A stretch of 64,000 nucleotides of DNA, taken from assembly GCA_963667845.2 (NCBI GenBank), contig CAXXVL010000001.1, positions 352,001 through 416,000 on the forward strand, written 5' to 3'. The notes beneath the pieces were generated by a model. It had not been told where the DNA came from, ran no database searches, and worked only from the letters and a program-made list of their open reading frames with translations. Both the position numbers and the translations under genes were made by a program. Origin of the DNA: Smithellaceae bacterium. GTDB lineage: Bacteria; Desulfobacterota; Syntrophia; Syntrophales; Smithellaceae. How positions within the stretch are numbered: position 1 is the first letter of the stretch; each line of letters opens with the position of its first letter. Below are positions 18,863-28,141 of the stretch, piece after piece.

Positions 18863-20389
18863 ATGGAACATTATCCGTGGTGGAGTGAAGCGCAAAGCCG
18901 GCTGGCCGAGGACGCGAAGAAATTTGTGGACGACGTGCTGATGCCGGTGGGCATGCGCAGTATTGCAAAAAATGAATTCACCCGGGAGGCTTCGAAGCTG
19001 ATGGCCGGGCAGGATTGGTTTGGCGCCCTGGTCCCGAAAAAATACGGCGGCCATTTTGAAGATTGGGGTGTGACGGGTGCGGCGATTCTCAACGAGGAAG
19101 CCGCCCGCGCCGGTGTGGTCGGTCCGCTGGGCACAACCATGTTCGGAAGCGCGACGCAGCTTCTGCACAACGGCAACGAGGAGCAAAAACAGAAGTGGCT
19201 GCCAAAAATGGCCAAAGGAGAGCTTCTGGGATGTATCACCATGACGGAACCCTACGCGGGCTCCGACATCGCGTCCATTGAATCGACGGCCGTGCGCGAC
19301 GGCGACGAGTATATCATCAACGGGAAAAAGAGATTTCAAACGACTGCGGCGGCCGATCTTTACCTGTGTTATTTCCGGACCAGCCAAAAACCCGAAGATC
19401 GGGCGGCCTACCGGCATCTGAGCGCTTTTGTCGTGGAGAAAGGCGCCCCCGGCTTCCATATCGAGAAGGTCAATGACATGATCGGCATGTTCGGCAACTA
19501 CAACGGCAACCTGACATTCGATCAGGCCAGGATTCCCGCCTTCAACCGTCTGGGAAACGAAGGCGACGGATGGAAGATCATGATGAGCGGCCTGAATGTC
19601 GAAAGGATTTTGAATGCCGCGCCGATCCTGGGCATGATGCGCGAGTGCATACGGTACACGCAACAGCACCTGGAAAGGCGGCTGCAGTTCGGCCGTCCCA
19701 CCGGCGATATCGCCACGAATCAATTCAAGCTCGCGGATATGATTTCGAAGCTCTACCTCAGCAGACTGGTGATGTATTATTCATGCCACTGCATCGACCT
19801 GGGACGGGAAATTCCTGTGGAAGCCGCCGTCTCCAAGCTCTTTGCTGCCGATTCGCTGATGGAGACGGCATTGGAAGCCATCCAGTGCATGGGCGGAAAC
19901 GGCGCCCTGAAGATCTATCCCGTGCAGCGCATCATGCAGGATGCCAAACTGACGCAGATTGCCGCCGGAACTTCGGAAGTGCTGAAGCTGCTCATCTATC
20001 GCCAGGGCACCAGGCGAATGAAAGACGATTTAAAAGTACCGCAGCGGATGGTCGATCCGGACCTGAAGGTTCCGTTGCCTGTCGGGAAACCACCGGCCCG
20101 TAAGGCAGCCCGAAGCGAAGCCGATGTGCTGGAAATTCTGGCCGAGAATTACCGGGTGAATCCCGGACTGCACATGACCATGGACGATATCCGGGAATGG
20201 CTCGAGATCACGGATGCGGACCTCACGAAATACCTGGAAGCCCTGGAAGCCCAGGGAAAGGCCGGCCTGTATCGCACGCGCCAGGGCATTGCGCTGGCCA
20301 GAGTTACCCTGGACGGAATTCAGCAGGCGCATCCGCCGGAATACTACCGCTATATCCCGCAGTGGGCGGACCCCGGGGACATGTTTTAG
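18863..20389 (+). CDS. Acyl-CoA dehydrogenase (isovaleryl-CoA DH-type catalytic arrangement) with a ~120 aa C-terminal extension
   Basis: MTEPYAGSD, INGKKRF, GLNVER, RLQFG, QIAAGTSE; extra domain after ~residue 390. Confidence 0.9.
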   Translation: MEHYPWWSEAQSRLAEDAKKFVDDVLMPVGMRSIAKNEFTREASKLMAGQDWFGALVPKKYGGHFEDWGVTGAAILNEEAARAGVVGPLGTTMFGSATQLLHNGNEEQKQKWLPKMAKGELLGCITMTEPYAGSDIASIESTAVRDGDEYIINGKKRFQTTAAADLYLCYFRTSQKPEDRAAYRHLSAFVVEKGAPGFHIEKVNDMIGMFGNYNGNLTFDQARIPAFNRLGNEGDGWKIMMSGLNVERILNAAPILGMMRECIRYTQQHLERRLQFGRPTGDIATNQFKLADMISKLYLSRLVMYYSCHCIDLGREIPVEAAVSKLFAADSLMETALEAIQCMGGNGALKIYPVQRIMQDAKLTQIAAGTSEVLKLLIYRQGTRRMKDDLKVPQRMVDPDLKVPLPVGKPPARKAARSEADVLEILAENYRVNPGLHMTMDDIREWLEITDADLTKYLEALEAQGKAGLYRTRQGIALARVTLDGIQQAHPPEYYRYIPQWADPGDMF

Positions 20390-20456
20390 CCGCTGATCAG
20401 TCAATGGCAGGAAGAACGAATTCAAGATATTTCTTAGCTGAAAGGAGATTTAACTA

Positions 20457-22100
20457 ATGGAAAGAATCTGGATGAAAAACTGGCCGAAAGGCGTATCCAC
20501 CACGCTCCAATATCGTCTGGGCGAGAAGCCGCTGCACGAGTACGTGCAGGCGAACGCTGCGGAATTCCCTCAAAAACCGGCCTACATCTTCTACGGCCGG
20601 GAGATCACTTGGGGGGAATTGGGCGAATCGATCAAGCGCTTTGCGAACTATCTCGCCGGAATCGGTATCGTAAAAGGGGACCGGGTCGCCGTTTTCATGC
20701 AGAACTGCCCTCAGTATATCATCGCCCATTTCGCCATCCAGACTCTGGGTGCGATCGTGACCCCCTGCAGCGCCATGTTCAAGGAATGGGAGCTGGAGTA
20801 CGAGCTCAACGACGCCGGGGCCCGGGTGATGGTCACGACGGACGATCTGTACCCCATTGTCGAGAAGGTCCGCGCGAAGACATCCCTTGAGGCCGTGGTG
20901 GTCACGAATTACCGGGATTTTGTGCCGGCTGTTCCGTTGCTCCCCCTTCCGGACGAACTGAAACAGGAAAAGAAGCTCTGCCCGGACACCGAGGACTTTA
21001 TGGACATCCTGAAGCGCCATCCCGCCGAGGTGCCGGAAGTGGCGATCGATGTCTGGAATGACGTATCCATGATGATCTATACCTCCGGGACAACGGGACA
21101 ACCCAAGGGGGCCATGCTGACCTACGGCAACGCCCTCTCCACGGTCGCTTCCACGACCCAGTTCAAGAATTTTCAAATGGACGAGATCATCATATCCGTG
21201 ATGCCGCTTTTCCATATCGCCGGAAATGTCGCGGGCCTCTGCACTCCGGTCTACTCCGGTTGCACGACCGTCCTTATGACCCGCTTCGATCCGGTGGCGA
21301 TCGTGGAAGCCTTTGCCCGCTACCGCTGCACGGGCTGGTATTCCGTTACCCCCATGCTGCTCGCCATCATGGCGCTTCCGGAAGCGAAGAAGGTCGACTG
21401 GAGCTGCTTGCGCTCCACGACCTGCACGAGCTTCGGGATTCCCCTGACGGAAGAGATCGCGAAACGATGGGAAGCCTTCACGGGAAGCCCGGTGACGGAG
21501 AGCGGTTACGGGCTGACAGAGACCCATACGGCGGACACATGCATACCGGACCGCGTGAAATGGGGTTCCAACGGGATTCCGACTATCGAGATGGATCTGC
21601 GCATCATGGATCCCGAAACCGGGAAGGAACTGGGCGTCAATGAAAAGGGAGAGATCGTTATCCGGAATCGCGGGGTCTTCAAAGGCTACTGGAAAAATCC
21701 CGAAAGGACGGCGGAGACCCTGCGGGACGGCTGGGTGTACACGGGGGATATCGGCTATGTCGATGAAGACGGGTACTTGTGGTTCCAGGGCAGGATCAAG
21801 GAGATGATCAAGTGCACGGGGTATGCCGTTTTCCCCGAAGACGTGGAAGTCATGCTGGTCAGGCACCCCGCCGTGTCCCAGGCGGCGGTGATCGGCATTC
21901 CCGATCCGGCGAGGGGAGAGAGCATAAAGGCCTTCATCGTCCTCAAGCCGGAGTACAAAGGCAAAGTTACGGAAGACGAGATCATCGCCTGGTCGAAGGA
22001 AAAGATGGCTGCCTATAAATATCCCAGGGCGGTGGAATTTCGGGACAGTTTGCCCGCGACCGGTGCGGGAAAGGTTTTGCGGCGGCTGCTGAAAGATTAA
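20457..22100 (+). CDS. AMP-forming acyl-CoA synthetase
   Basis: IYTSGTTGQPKG, YGLTET, YTGD, GRIKEMIK, GAGKVLR. Confidence 0.92.
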   Translation: MERIWMKNWPKGVSTTLQYRLGEKPLHEYVQANAAEFPQKPAYIFYGREITWGELGESIKRFANYLAGIGIVKGDRVAVFMQNCPQYIIAHFAIQTLGAIVTPCSAMFKEWELEYELNDAGARVMVTTDDLYPIVEKVRAKTSLEAVVVTNYRDFVPAVPLLPLPDELKQEKKLCPDTEDFMDILKRHPAEVPEVAIDVWNDVSMMIYTSGTTGQPKGAMLTYGNALSTVASTTQFKNFQMDEIIISVMPLFHIAGNVAGLCTPVYSGCTTVLMTRFDPVAIVEAFARYRCTGWYSVTPMLLAIMALPEAKKVDWSCLRSTTCTSFGIPLTEEIAKRWEAFTGSPVTESGYGLTETHTADTCIPDRVKWGSNGIPTIEMDLRIMDPETGKELGVNEKGEIVIRNRGVFKGYWKNPERTAETLRDGWVYTGDIGYVDEDGYLWFQGRIKEMIKCTGYAVFPEDVEVMLVRHPAVSQAAVIGIPDPARGESIKAFIVLKPEYKGKVTEDEIIAWSKEKMAAYKYPRAVEFRDSLPATGAGKVLRRLLKD

Positions 22101-22151
22101 AAAAAGGTATCAAGGATTTATTCAGAATCCAATTCACAAAGGTAATCCGTT

Positions 22152-23714
22152 ATGGCTTTCGACAAAGAACTTACAGAATTACAGCAGAGGAAAGAGAGGG
22201 CTCTCCAGATGGGAGGGCCCAAGAAGATAAAAATTCAGCATGACCAGGGCAAGCTGACGGCCCGGGAGCGGATTGCCCGCCTCCTCGATCCGGGCACTTT
22301 TTTCGAAGTGGGTATGCTGAACCATTCCGATATGCCCGGCATGGAAGACAAAACCCCGGCCGACAGCAAGATCGGCGGATACGGGAAGATCGATGGCCGG
22401 ACGGTCGGGGTTGCCGCGAACGATTTCACGGTCCTGGCGGCGACGTCCAGCCGTGTGGCCGGTCGCAAAGAAGGGGACGTAAAGAGAACATCCGTCAGCA
22501 AGGGGTTTCCGCTGATCTATCTGGGGGAAGCCGGCGGAGCCCGAATGCCCGACATTATGGGGGCCAAGGGTTTGGCCTCCTTCGGGGGCGGCGGATTCGA
22601 CACCTATGCGGTGGGATTAAGCCGGGTGCGCAAGGCGCCCATGGTGGCCGCCATCATGGGGGAATGCTACGGCGCCCCGACGTGGATGGCCTGCCTGGCC
22701 GATTTTGTCGTGCAGGTAAAGGGAAGCGCCATGGGGGTTTCCGGGCCCCGGGTCCTGGAACTTGCCATTGGCCAGAGAGTCACGGATGAGGAACTCGGCG
22801 GGTGGAAAGTACACGCCGAGATTACGGGGAACATCGATCGGGTTGCGGAAAACGACGAAGATTGCCTGGCGATCATCCGGGAATATCTCTCCTACATGCC
22901 TTCACACTGTGAAGAGCTCCCTCCCAGCAAATCCGTGCCCGAGGGTTCCGGAAGCAGCATGGACAGGATCCTCGATTTACTGCCGGAGAAACGGAAGCGG
23001 GTTTACGACATGAACAAGATCCTCAGGACTGTTGTAGACGGAGGAATCCTCTTCCCGCTCAAGCCTCTTTTCGCGAAGAGCGTGATCACGTCTCTGGCGC
23101 GGATGGGCGGCGAGGTCGTGGGGATCGTAGCCAACCAGCCGCTTCACATTTCAGGGGCGCTGGATACGGACGGCATCGACAAAGTGATCAGTTTCCTGGT
23201 CCTCTGTGACACTTACAATATCCCGCTGCTCTTCTTCGAGGACGTTCCGGGATTCCTGGTCGGCAAAGATGCGGAGCGGAACCGGGTGGGAGCCCGGGTC
23301 ATGAACTTCATAAACGCTCTGGCACAAGTAACCGTGCCAAAAATCACGGTGATCATCAGGAAAGCTTACGGAAAGGCTTTCTGGAACATGGCGGGTTCGG
23401 GCATGCGGACGGATTTCATCGTGGCCTGGCCCACTGCGGAAATGAGCTTTGTTGCGCCCGAGATCGCGGCGAACGTCGTTTTTGCCGGAAAGATAGAAAA
23501 TTCTCCGGAACTGGCGACTCAGAAGGATGATTTTGTGAAGCAGATGATCCTGGACAGCGCGCCCTATTCAGCGGCCGGGATGCATTACATCCACGACGTG
23601 ATCGATCCGCGAGAAACGCGAGACTATATCATCCGGGGGCTTGATATCGCCCGCGACCGGCGCAGGGGGGGCATCGGTCAGCACTTGCTCGCCAATTGGC
23701 CGACAAAATTTTAG
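22152..23714 (+). CDS. Acyl-CoA carboxylase/decarboxylase carboxyltransferase (beta) subunit
   Basis: GKLTARERIARLLDPG, GGARM, EELGG, GIVANQP, DVPGFLVG, IRKAYG, AWPTA. Confidence 0.92.
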   Translation: MAFDKELTELQQRKERALQMGGPKKIKIQHDQGKLTARERIARLLDPGTFFEVGMLNHSDMPGMEDKTPADSKIGGYGKIDGRTVGVAANDFTVLAATSSRVAGRKEGDVKRTSVSKGFPLIYLGEAGGARMPDIMGAKGLASFGGGGFDTYAVGLSRVRKAPMVAAIMGECYGAPTWMACLADFVVQVKGSAMGVSGPRVLELAIGQRVTDEELGGWKVHAEITGNIDRVAENDEDCLAIIREYLSYMPSHCEELPPSKSVPEGSGSSMDRILDLLPEKRKRVYDMNKILRTVVDGGILFPLKPLFAKSVITSLARMGGEVVGIVANQPLHISGALDTDGIDKVISFLVLCDTYNIPLLFFEDVPGFLVGKDAERNRVGARVMNFINALAQVTVPKITVIIRKAYGKAFWNMAGSGMRTDFIVAWPTAEMSFVAPEIAANVVFAGKIENSPELATQKDDFVKQMILDSAPYSAAGMHYIHDVIDPRETRDYIIRGLDIARDRRRGGIGQHLLANWPTKF

Positions 23715-23983
23715 GAGAGTCAAAAAAATTTTGACGTGGTTTGCTCATTGACCCCCGATAAGCTGTCAAGAGCCAGACCCTCCACGATGGAGATGGGAAA
23801 GGCCCAAAGAAGATTTCACATCTACAGAGAAGAGCAACCGGCAGGAACGGGCGAAGGGGCAGGGGAAAACCCGAACGCATCGGAAGTTGTTTCGATCCGG
23901 TGAGTGATGTTTTTTCTCTTCCCGTAAATAATGGGTGTCATACCCTTGGTCATTCAAAATTCGTTCAAAAAAGGAGATGGATT

Positions 23984-25453
23984 ATGCAGCGCTTCGGCAC
24001 AGGTAAAAAAACATGGTTTGCAATGGTTCTGCTTGTCTTCATTTTTGCGCTCAGCCTGGACACCGTCCTTGCTGCGCCACAAAAATCGGACAAGAAAGCC
24101 GCAGAAAAACATACAGTCACGGCAGCGACCGGCATGCGCTTCGAGAACTTCCCCGACATGTCCGATTTCGATCCGAGCAATCCGGTCATCCCCACCGGGG
24201 ATACCATCAAAATCGCAATTGTCGGATCTTTTTCCGGACCGGCCGCCATCACCGGCCAGCTCTACTTCATGTCAACGCAATGGGCGGCGCACGCCATCAA
24301 CAAGAAGGGCGGAATCCTTGTGGACGGGAAGAAGAAGCTGATCGAGGTTATCAAGGCGGACCACATGGGCAAGCCGGATCAATGTAAAAAAGTTGCTGAA
24401 AGGATGGTTCTCCAGGAGAAGGTCGATTTCATGATCGGGTCCGACGGCAGCCACTACCAGAAGATCATTAATGAAACTGCAGGCAAATACAAGATCATCG
24501 CCGTGAGCGTCTTTGCCAGCTCCGACGATATACTGGACGCCGCGAATTTCAACCGTTATGCCTTCCAGACGGCTTTCTCGACCGAGCAGATGGGACGCGG
24601 GATGGCGTACTTTTACGGCCAGATCCGCAAGAAAGAGAAGAGATTCTATATCCTGAACCAGGACTATTCCTTTGGCCGGGGCCTGGCCGAGGGGTTCAAG
24701 AAAGGCCTGAAGGAATACTATCCCGAGGCGCAGGTTTTGGGTGAAGACTATCACAAGCTCTTCCTGACCGATTATGCGCCCTACCTGACCAAGATCAAGG
24801 CCGCCGGCGCAGAAGTCATTTACACGGGTGACTGGTCCCCGGATTCGTCAAACCTCCTGAAGCAGGCCCGCCAGATGGGCATCAATCTCCCCTTTGCCAA
24901 TATTTACATGGATGATCCCAATGCCCTTGGCGCAGTCGGCATCGAAGGGACGAAAGGACTGATCAACATCACCCAGTACGGCGCAGAAAACCCGATATTC
25001 AAGACGGAAGCAGATAAGAAATACTACCAGATGTGGCACAAGCTCTGGGAAACGAAGTGGAAAGCGCCCTACAATACGACGCTGTATCAGTATCCCTGGA
25101 GCAACATCGGCTCCTGGACCGAACAGGTGCTGTGGCTCTTCTCCATTATCGAACGGGCCGGAACGACCAGCGCCGAAAAGATCATTCCGCTTTGGGAGGG
25201 GGACACGTTCAAATTCATGAACGGGAAGATCCTGACGATGCGCGCGTGCGACCACAAGGCCATTCAGGACCTTCATATTTATGAATACGTCTCACCCGAG
25301 GAGCAGAAGCAAAGCATGAATATGCCGCCGTACTACTGGACCAAGGACAGCGCCAACAGGGGGCCGGTCTATAAGATTCCCGCGGCGAAAGTCCTGCCCT
25401 GGATGGACCAGAAGCTGGACCGCTGCAAGGGAAAGAACGACTGGGGAAAATAG
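23984..25453 (+). CDS. ABC substrate-binding protein, extended paralog family (copy 2)
   Basis: AAGGAG RBS before ATG 23984; signal peptide; same conserved blocks as copy 1. Confidence 0.88.
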   Translation: MQRFGTGKKTWFAMVLLVFIFALSLDTVLAAPQKSDKKAAEKHTVTAATGMRFENFPDMSDFDPSNPVIPTGDTIKIAIVGSFSGPAAITGQLYFMSTQWAAHAINKKGGILVDGKKKLIEVIKADHMGKPDQCKKVAERMVLQEKVDFMIGSDGSHYQKIINETAGKYKIIAVSVFASSDDILDAANFNRYAFQTAFSTEQMGRGMAYFYGQIRKKEKRFYILNQDYSFGRGLAEGFKKGLKEYYPEAQVLGEDYHKLFLTDYAPYLTKIKAAGAEVIYTGDWSPDSSNLLKQARQMGINLPFANIYMDDPNALGAVGIEGTKGLINITQYGAENPIFKTEADKKYYQMWHKLWETKWKAPYNTTLYQYPWSNIGSWTEQVLWLFSIIERAGTTSAEKIIPLWEGDTFKFMNGKILTMRACDHKAIQDLHIYEYVSPEEQKQSMNMPPYYWTKDSANRGPVYKIPAAKVLPWMDQKLDRCKGKNDWGK

Positions 25454-25459
25454 CTTTTA

Positions 25460-25506
25460 GTGTTGCGGGCGCTTTCACGCTCTGCCGGGTGAAACGCCCG
25501 CAACAC
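25460..25506 (+). terminator. Strong stem-loop after binding-protein gene
   Basis: GTGTTGCGGGCG-c-TTTCAC...GTGAAA-CGCCCGCAACAC; no U-tract. Confidence 0.55.
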
Positions 25507-25756
25507 CATCCATTATGGCCGCTTTGAAATGAAAGCAAAGACCGGGGGTGTTCATGTGAGTGAGAGACTTCGGCTGCGAAACTCACCGCCGATCGGACGA
25601 GTCGTCTGTTCGTCGTATGCATTCCGCCGTCCGCCTTGGGCAGACTGAGGGAGCAAGCAGGCGTGGGGAATCGGAAGATTCTCCGGGTCTGCTCCGGAGA
25701 GTTGTAATTCCTAAAATACGAGAAACGAACATCAAAAAGAAAAGGAGTATGGATCT

Positions 25757-27226
25757 ATGAAAGGTTGTAAAGGGATTATCATTTTTATCGGTGTATTTTC
25801 ATTTTTGTTTCTGACTCTATATGGTCCTTCGGCAGCGTCGGCCGCCAAGGCGGAACGGAAATCCGCCAAGGCGGAAGCGGAGTCGAACAAGATGGGAAAG
25901 GTGAACGCATCGTTTGATGCGAATAAAATTTCAGACATGTCTGGTTTCGATCCGGCCACATGGGTCAACCCGGAAGGAGACACAATTAAGATCGCCTACG
26001 TGAACGCCTTCTCCGGGCCGGGGGCGATCAACGGGCAGATCCACATCGTGCCGGTGATGTTCGCCGTTTATGACATTAACAAGCGCGGGGGAATCTGGGT
26101 CGATGGCAAGAAAAAACTGATTACGCTCATTAAAGCCGACCATATGTCCAAGCCGGATCAATGCAAAAAAATCTGTGAAAGAATGGTCCTGCAAGAGAAG
26201 GTTCACATCCTGATGGGCACCTCTGGCAGCCATCTGATGAAGATCATCAACGATGTGGCGAACAAGTACAAGGTCATCGCCATCAACGATGGCACCCTCG
26301 CCGATGAGCTGATGGACGCCACCAACTTTGGACGGTATTCCTTCATGCCCTCCATTTCCACGGAACCGGTCGGGCGCGGCCTGGCCTATTATTACGGTCA
26401 GCGCAATAAAGAGAAGAAGTTCTACATTCTGTGCCAGGACTACTCTTACGGCCATGACATGGCGGAAAGTTTCAAAAAAGGTCTCAAGGAATATTATCCG
26501 GAAGCACAGATCGTCGGGGAAGACTACCATAAGCTCTTCCTGACCGATTATGCTCCTTATCTGACCAAGATCAAGGCCTCGGGCGCCGAGGTCATCTACA
26601 CGGGCGACTGGCCCCCTGATACCGGCAATCTCCTGAAGCAAGCGAGGCAATTGGGCGTCAAGCTCCCGTTCGCCAATATATTCATGAACGAGCCCAATGA
26701 ACTCCATGAGGTCGGCATCGAAGGGACCAAGGGGCTGGTGAACCTCGACCAGCATGAAACGGCCCCTTTGTTTAAAGAACCCGGGCGGGCCAAACTGTAC
26801 CGCGTCTGGCATGACCAGTGGAAAAAATGGAAGGTGGCGCCCTACAACAGCCGGCTCTTTGAGCATCTCACTTCAAACACTGGAGCCTATGCGATGTATA
26901 CGTATTGGCTGCTCAGCGTGATCGAACGGGCCAAAAGCACCGATCCGGAAAAGATCGTAAAAGTCTGGGAAGGTGACACGTATCGGATGGCGAACGGCAA
27001 GATCATTAAGATGCGGGCTTGCGATCATAAGAGCATCCAGGATTTACTCGTGTCCGAGTTCGTACCGCCGGAGGAGCAGAAAGTGTCGTTCAACATTCCG
27101 CCGTATTATTGGTTCAAAGGCATCTCGTATGCCGGTAAGGGCTTAGTGATCCCCGCGGCAAAGGTTCTTCCCAAAATGGATCAGAAACTTGATCGCTGTG
27201 CGGGAAAGGATGATTGGGGTGAATAA
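25757..27226 (+). CDS. ABC substrate-binding protein, extended paralog family (copy 3)
   Basis: AAGGAG RBS; signal peptide; IKIAYVNAFSGPGA subtype; LDRCAGKDDWGE end. Confidence 0.88.
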   Translation: MKGCKGIIIFIGVFSFLFLTLYGPSAASAAKAERKSAKAEAESNKMGKVNASFDANKISDMSGFDPATWVNPEGDTIKIAYVNAFSGPGAINGQIHIVPVMFAVYDINKRGGIWVDGKKKLITLIKADHMSKPDQCKKICERMVLQEKVHILMGTSGSHLMKIINDVANKYKVIAINDGTLADELMDATNFGRYSFMPSISTEPVGRGLAYYYGQRNKEKKFYILCQDYSYGHDMAESFKKGLKEYYPEAQIVGEDYHKLFLTDYAPYLTKIKASGAEVIYTGDWPPDTGNLLKQARQLGVKLPFANIFMNEPNELHEVGIEGTKGLVNLDQHETAPLFKEPGRAKLYRVWHDQWKKWKVAPYNSRLFEHLTSNTGAYAMYTYWLLSVIERAKSTDPEKIVKVWEGDTYRMANGKIIKMRACDHKSIQDLLVSEFVPPEEQKVSFNIPPYYWFKGISYAGKGLVIPAAKVLPKMDQKLDRCAGKDDWGE

Positions 27227-27236
27227 GGAGTTTAGC

Positions 27237-27602
27237 GTGAACTGTAATCTACATCATGTCCATCTTTTTGCATCCGACCTTAATGCGAGCCTTGGGTTCT
27301 ACCGCGAGATGTTCGGTGCCGAGGTCGTTTTCGACCAGATCGTGGCCGGCGGGCGCAATGTCGTGATTCAGATCGGCACCGGCCTGATCTGCTTTTATGA
27401 TCAGCCTCCCCGGGGTGAAGGGCCAAGCGCCGTGCATCACCTCGGGGTCCATACGGACGACATTTCAGCCGTGGTCGCCCACATGGAGGGAAAAGGTTTC
27501 AAGTTCCGTGGCCCGGTCAGGGACTTGGGAGAGCTGAAATACATCATGGTGGAAGGGCCCGATCGCGTGATGATCGAGATTTTTGAGAACAAAAACGCCT
27601 GA
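27237..27602 (+). CDS. VOC family protein (paralog of 5619)
   Basis: AAGGAG RBS and GTG 27237; LHHVHLFASDL...HHLGV...GPDRVMIEIFE. Confidence 0.85.
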   Translation: MNCNLHHVHLFASDLNASLGFYREMFGAEVVFDQIVAGGRNVVIQIGTGLICFYDQPPRGEGPSAVHHLGVHTDDISAVVAHMEGKGFKFRGPVRDLGELKYIMVEGPDRVMIEIFENKNA

Positions 27603-27701
27603 CAAAGGCCCTATTTGGAATGAATGACGTTGACGAGCGATCGAGTCACTGGTTTTAAGTCATACCCCGACCGCTGATCCGCATGTCGGGGGTCAACCAA
27701 T

Positions 27702-27739
27702 AAGGATTGATGTGACCCAGAAGGTCGCATCAATCCTTT
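27702..27739. terminator. Stem-loop terminator, possibly bidirectional
   Basis: AAGGATTGATGTGACC-cagaa-GGTCGCATCAATCCTT. Confidence 0.6.
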
Positions 27740-27790
27740 GTCCCCAATTTCATTCAGAAACGAATCGTTTGACCGCCGGTGATGACCATT

Positions 27791-27859
27791 TCCCGCCCCG
27801 GCAATCTCTTCGGGCTTGCCGAAACGCTTCATGGGAACCTGTGCCATGGCCTCATATCC
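27791..27859 (-). pseudogene. Short relic of an SDR C-terminal region
   Basis: Minus-strand translation YEAMAQVPMKRFGKPEEIAG matches the SDR P(M/L)xRxGxPEEIA motif; the flanks are unrelated. Confidence 0.55.
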
Positions 27860-27863
27860 TTGA

Positions 27864-28100
27864 GGCCTTTCAGGCGTTAAGGGCAAGATACCCGATACCC
27901 CAAAAGAAGGGGATGCAATTTTTAAGAATGTTCGAAATATTATTGTAGGAAACAACCGGAAGGCCATACAGGCGGCTGCGGTAAAAGCTCAAGGTCTTGG
28001 TTTGGAAGTGATTATCGATGCCCTGCCGAGGACCCCTACCAACAAGATTGAAAAATACAAGCTGAAGCAGATGATTCTTGCCGAATTGGGAAGAAAATGA
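27864..28100 (+). pseudogene. Chimeric relic: glycerate 2-kinase-like internal fragment joined in frame to an acyl-CoA ligase C-terminus
   Basis: One open frame after a TGA at 27861, no clear start: GKIPDTPKEGDAIFKNVRNIIVGNNRKAIQAAAVKAQGLG then IIDALPRTPTNKIEKYKLKQMILAELGRK*. Confidence 0.65.
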
Positions 28101-28141
28101 CCTAAAACAAACATGCAAAATATTATTTTAAGGAGGCTCAC

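Noticed and set aside
16379..21866. Long antisense ORFs (e.g. 16379-17707, 20454-21866; also 9148-10194, 53341-54585)
   Set aside because: They are mirror frames of GC-rich genes with no recognisable motifs, as expected from codon bias
23748..27696. 11 bp inverted match TTGACCCCCGA / TCGGGGGTCAA flanking the binding protein-binding protein-VOC block
   Set aside because: Too short to exceed chance, does not extend convincingly, and there is no target duplication or transposase
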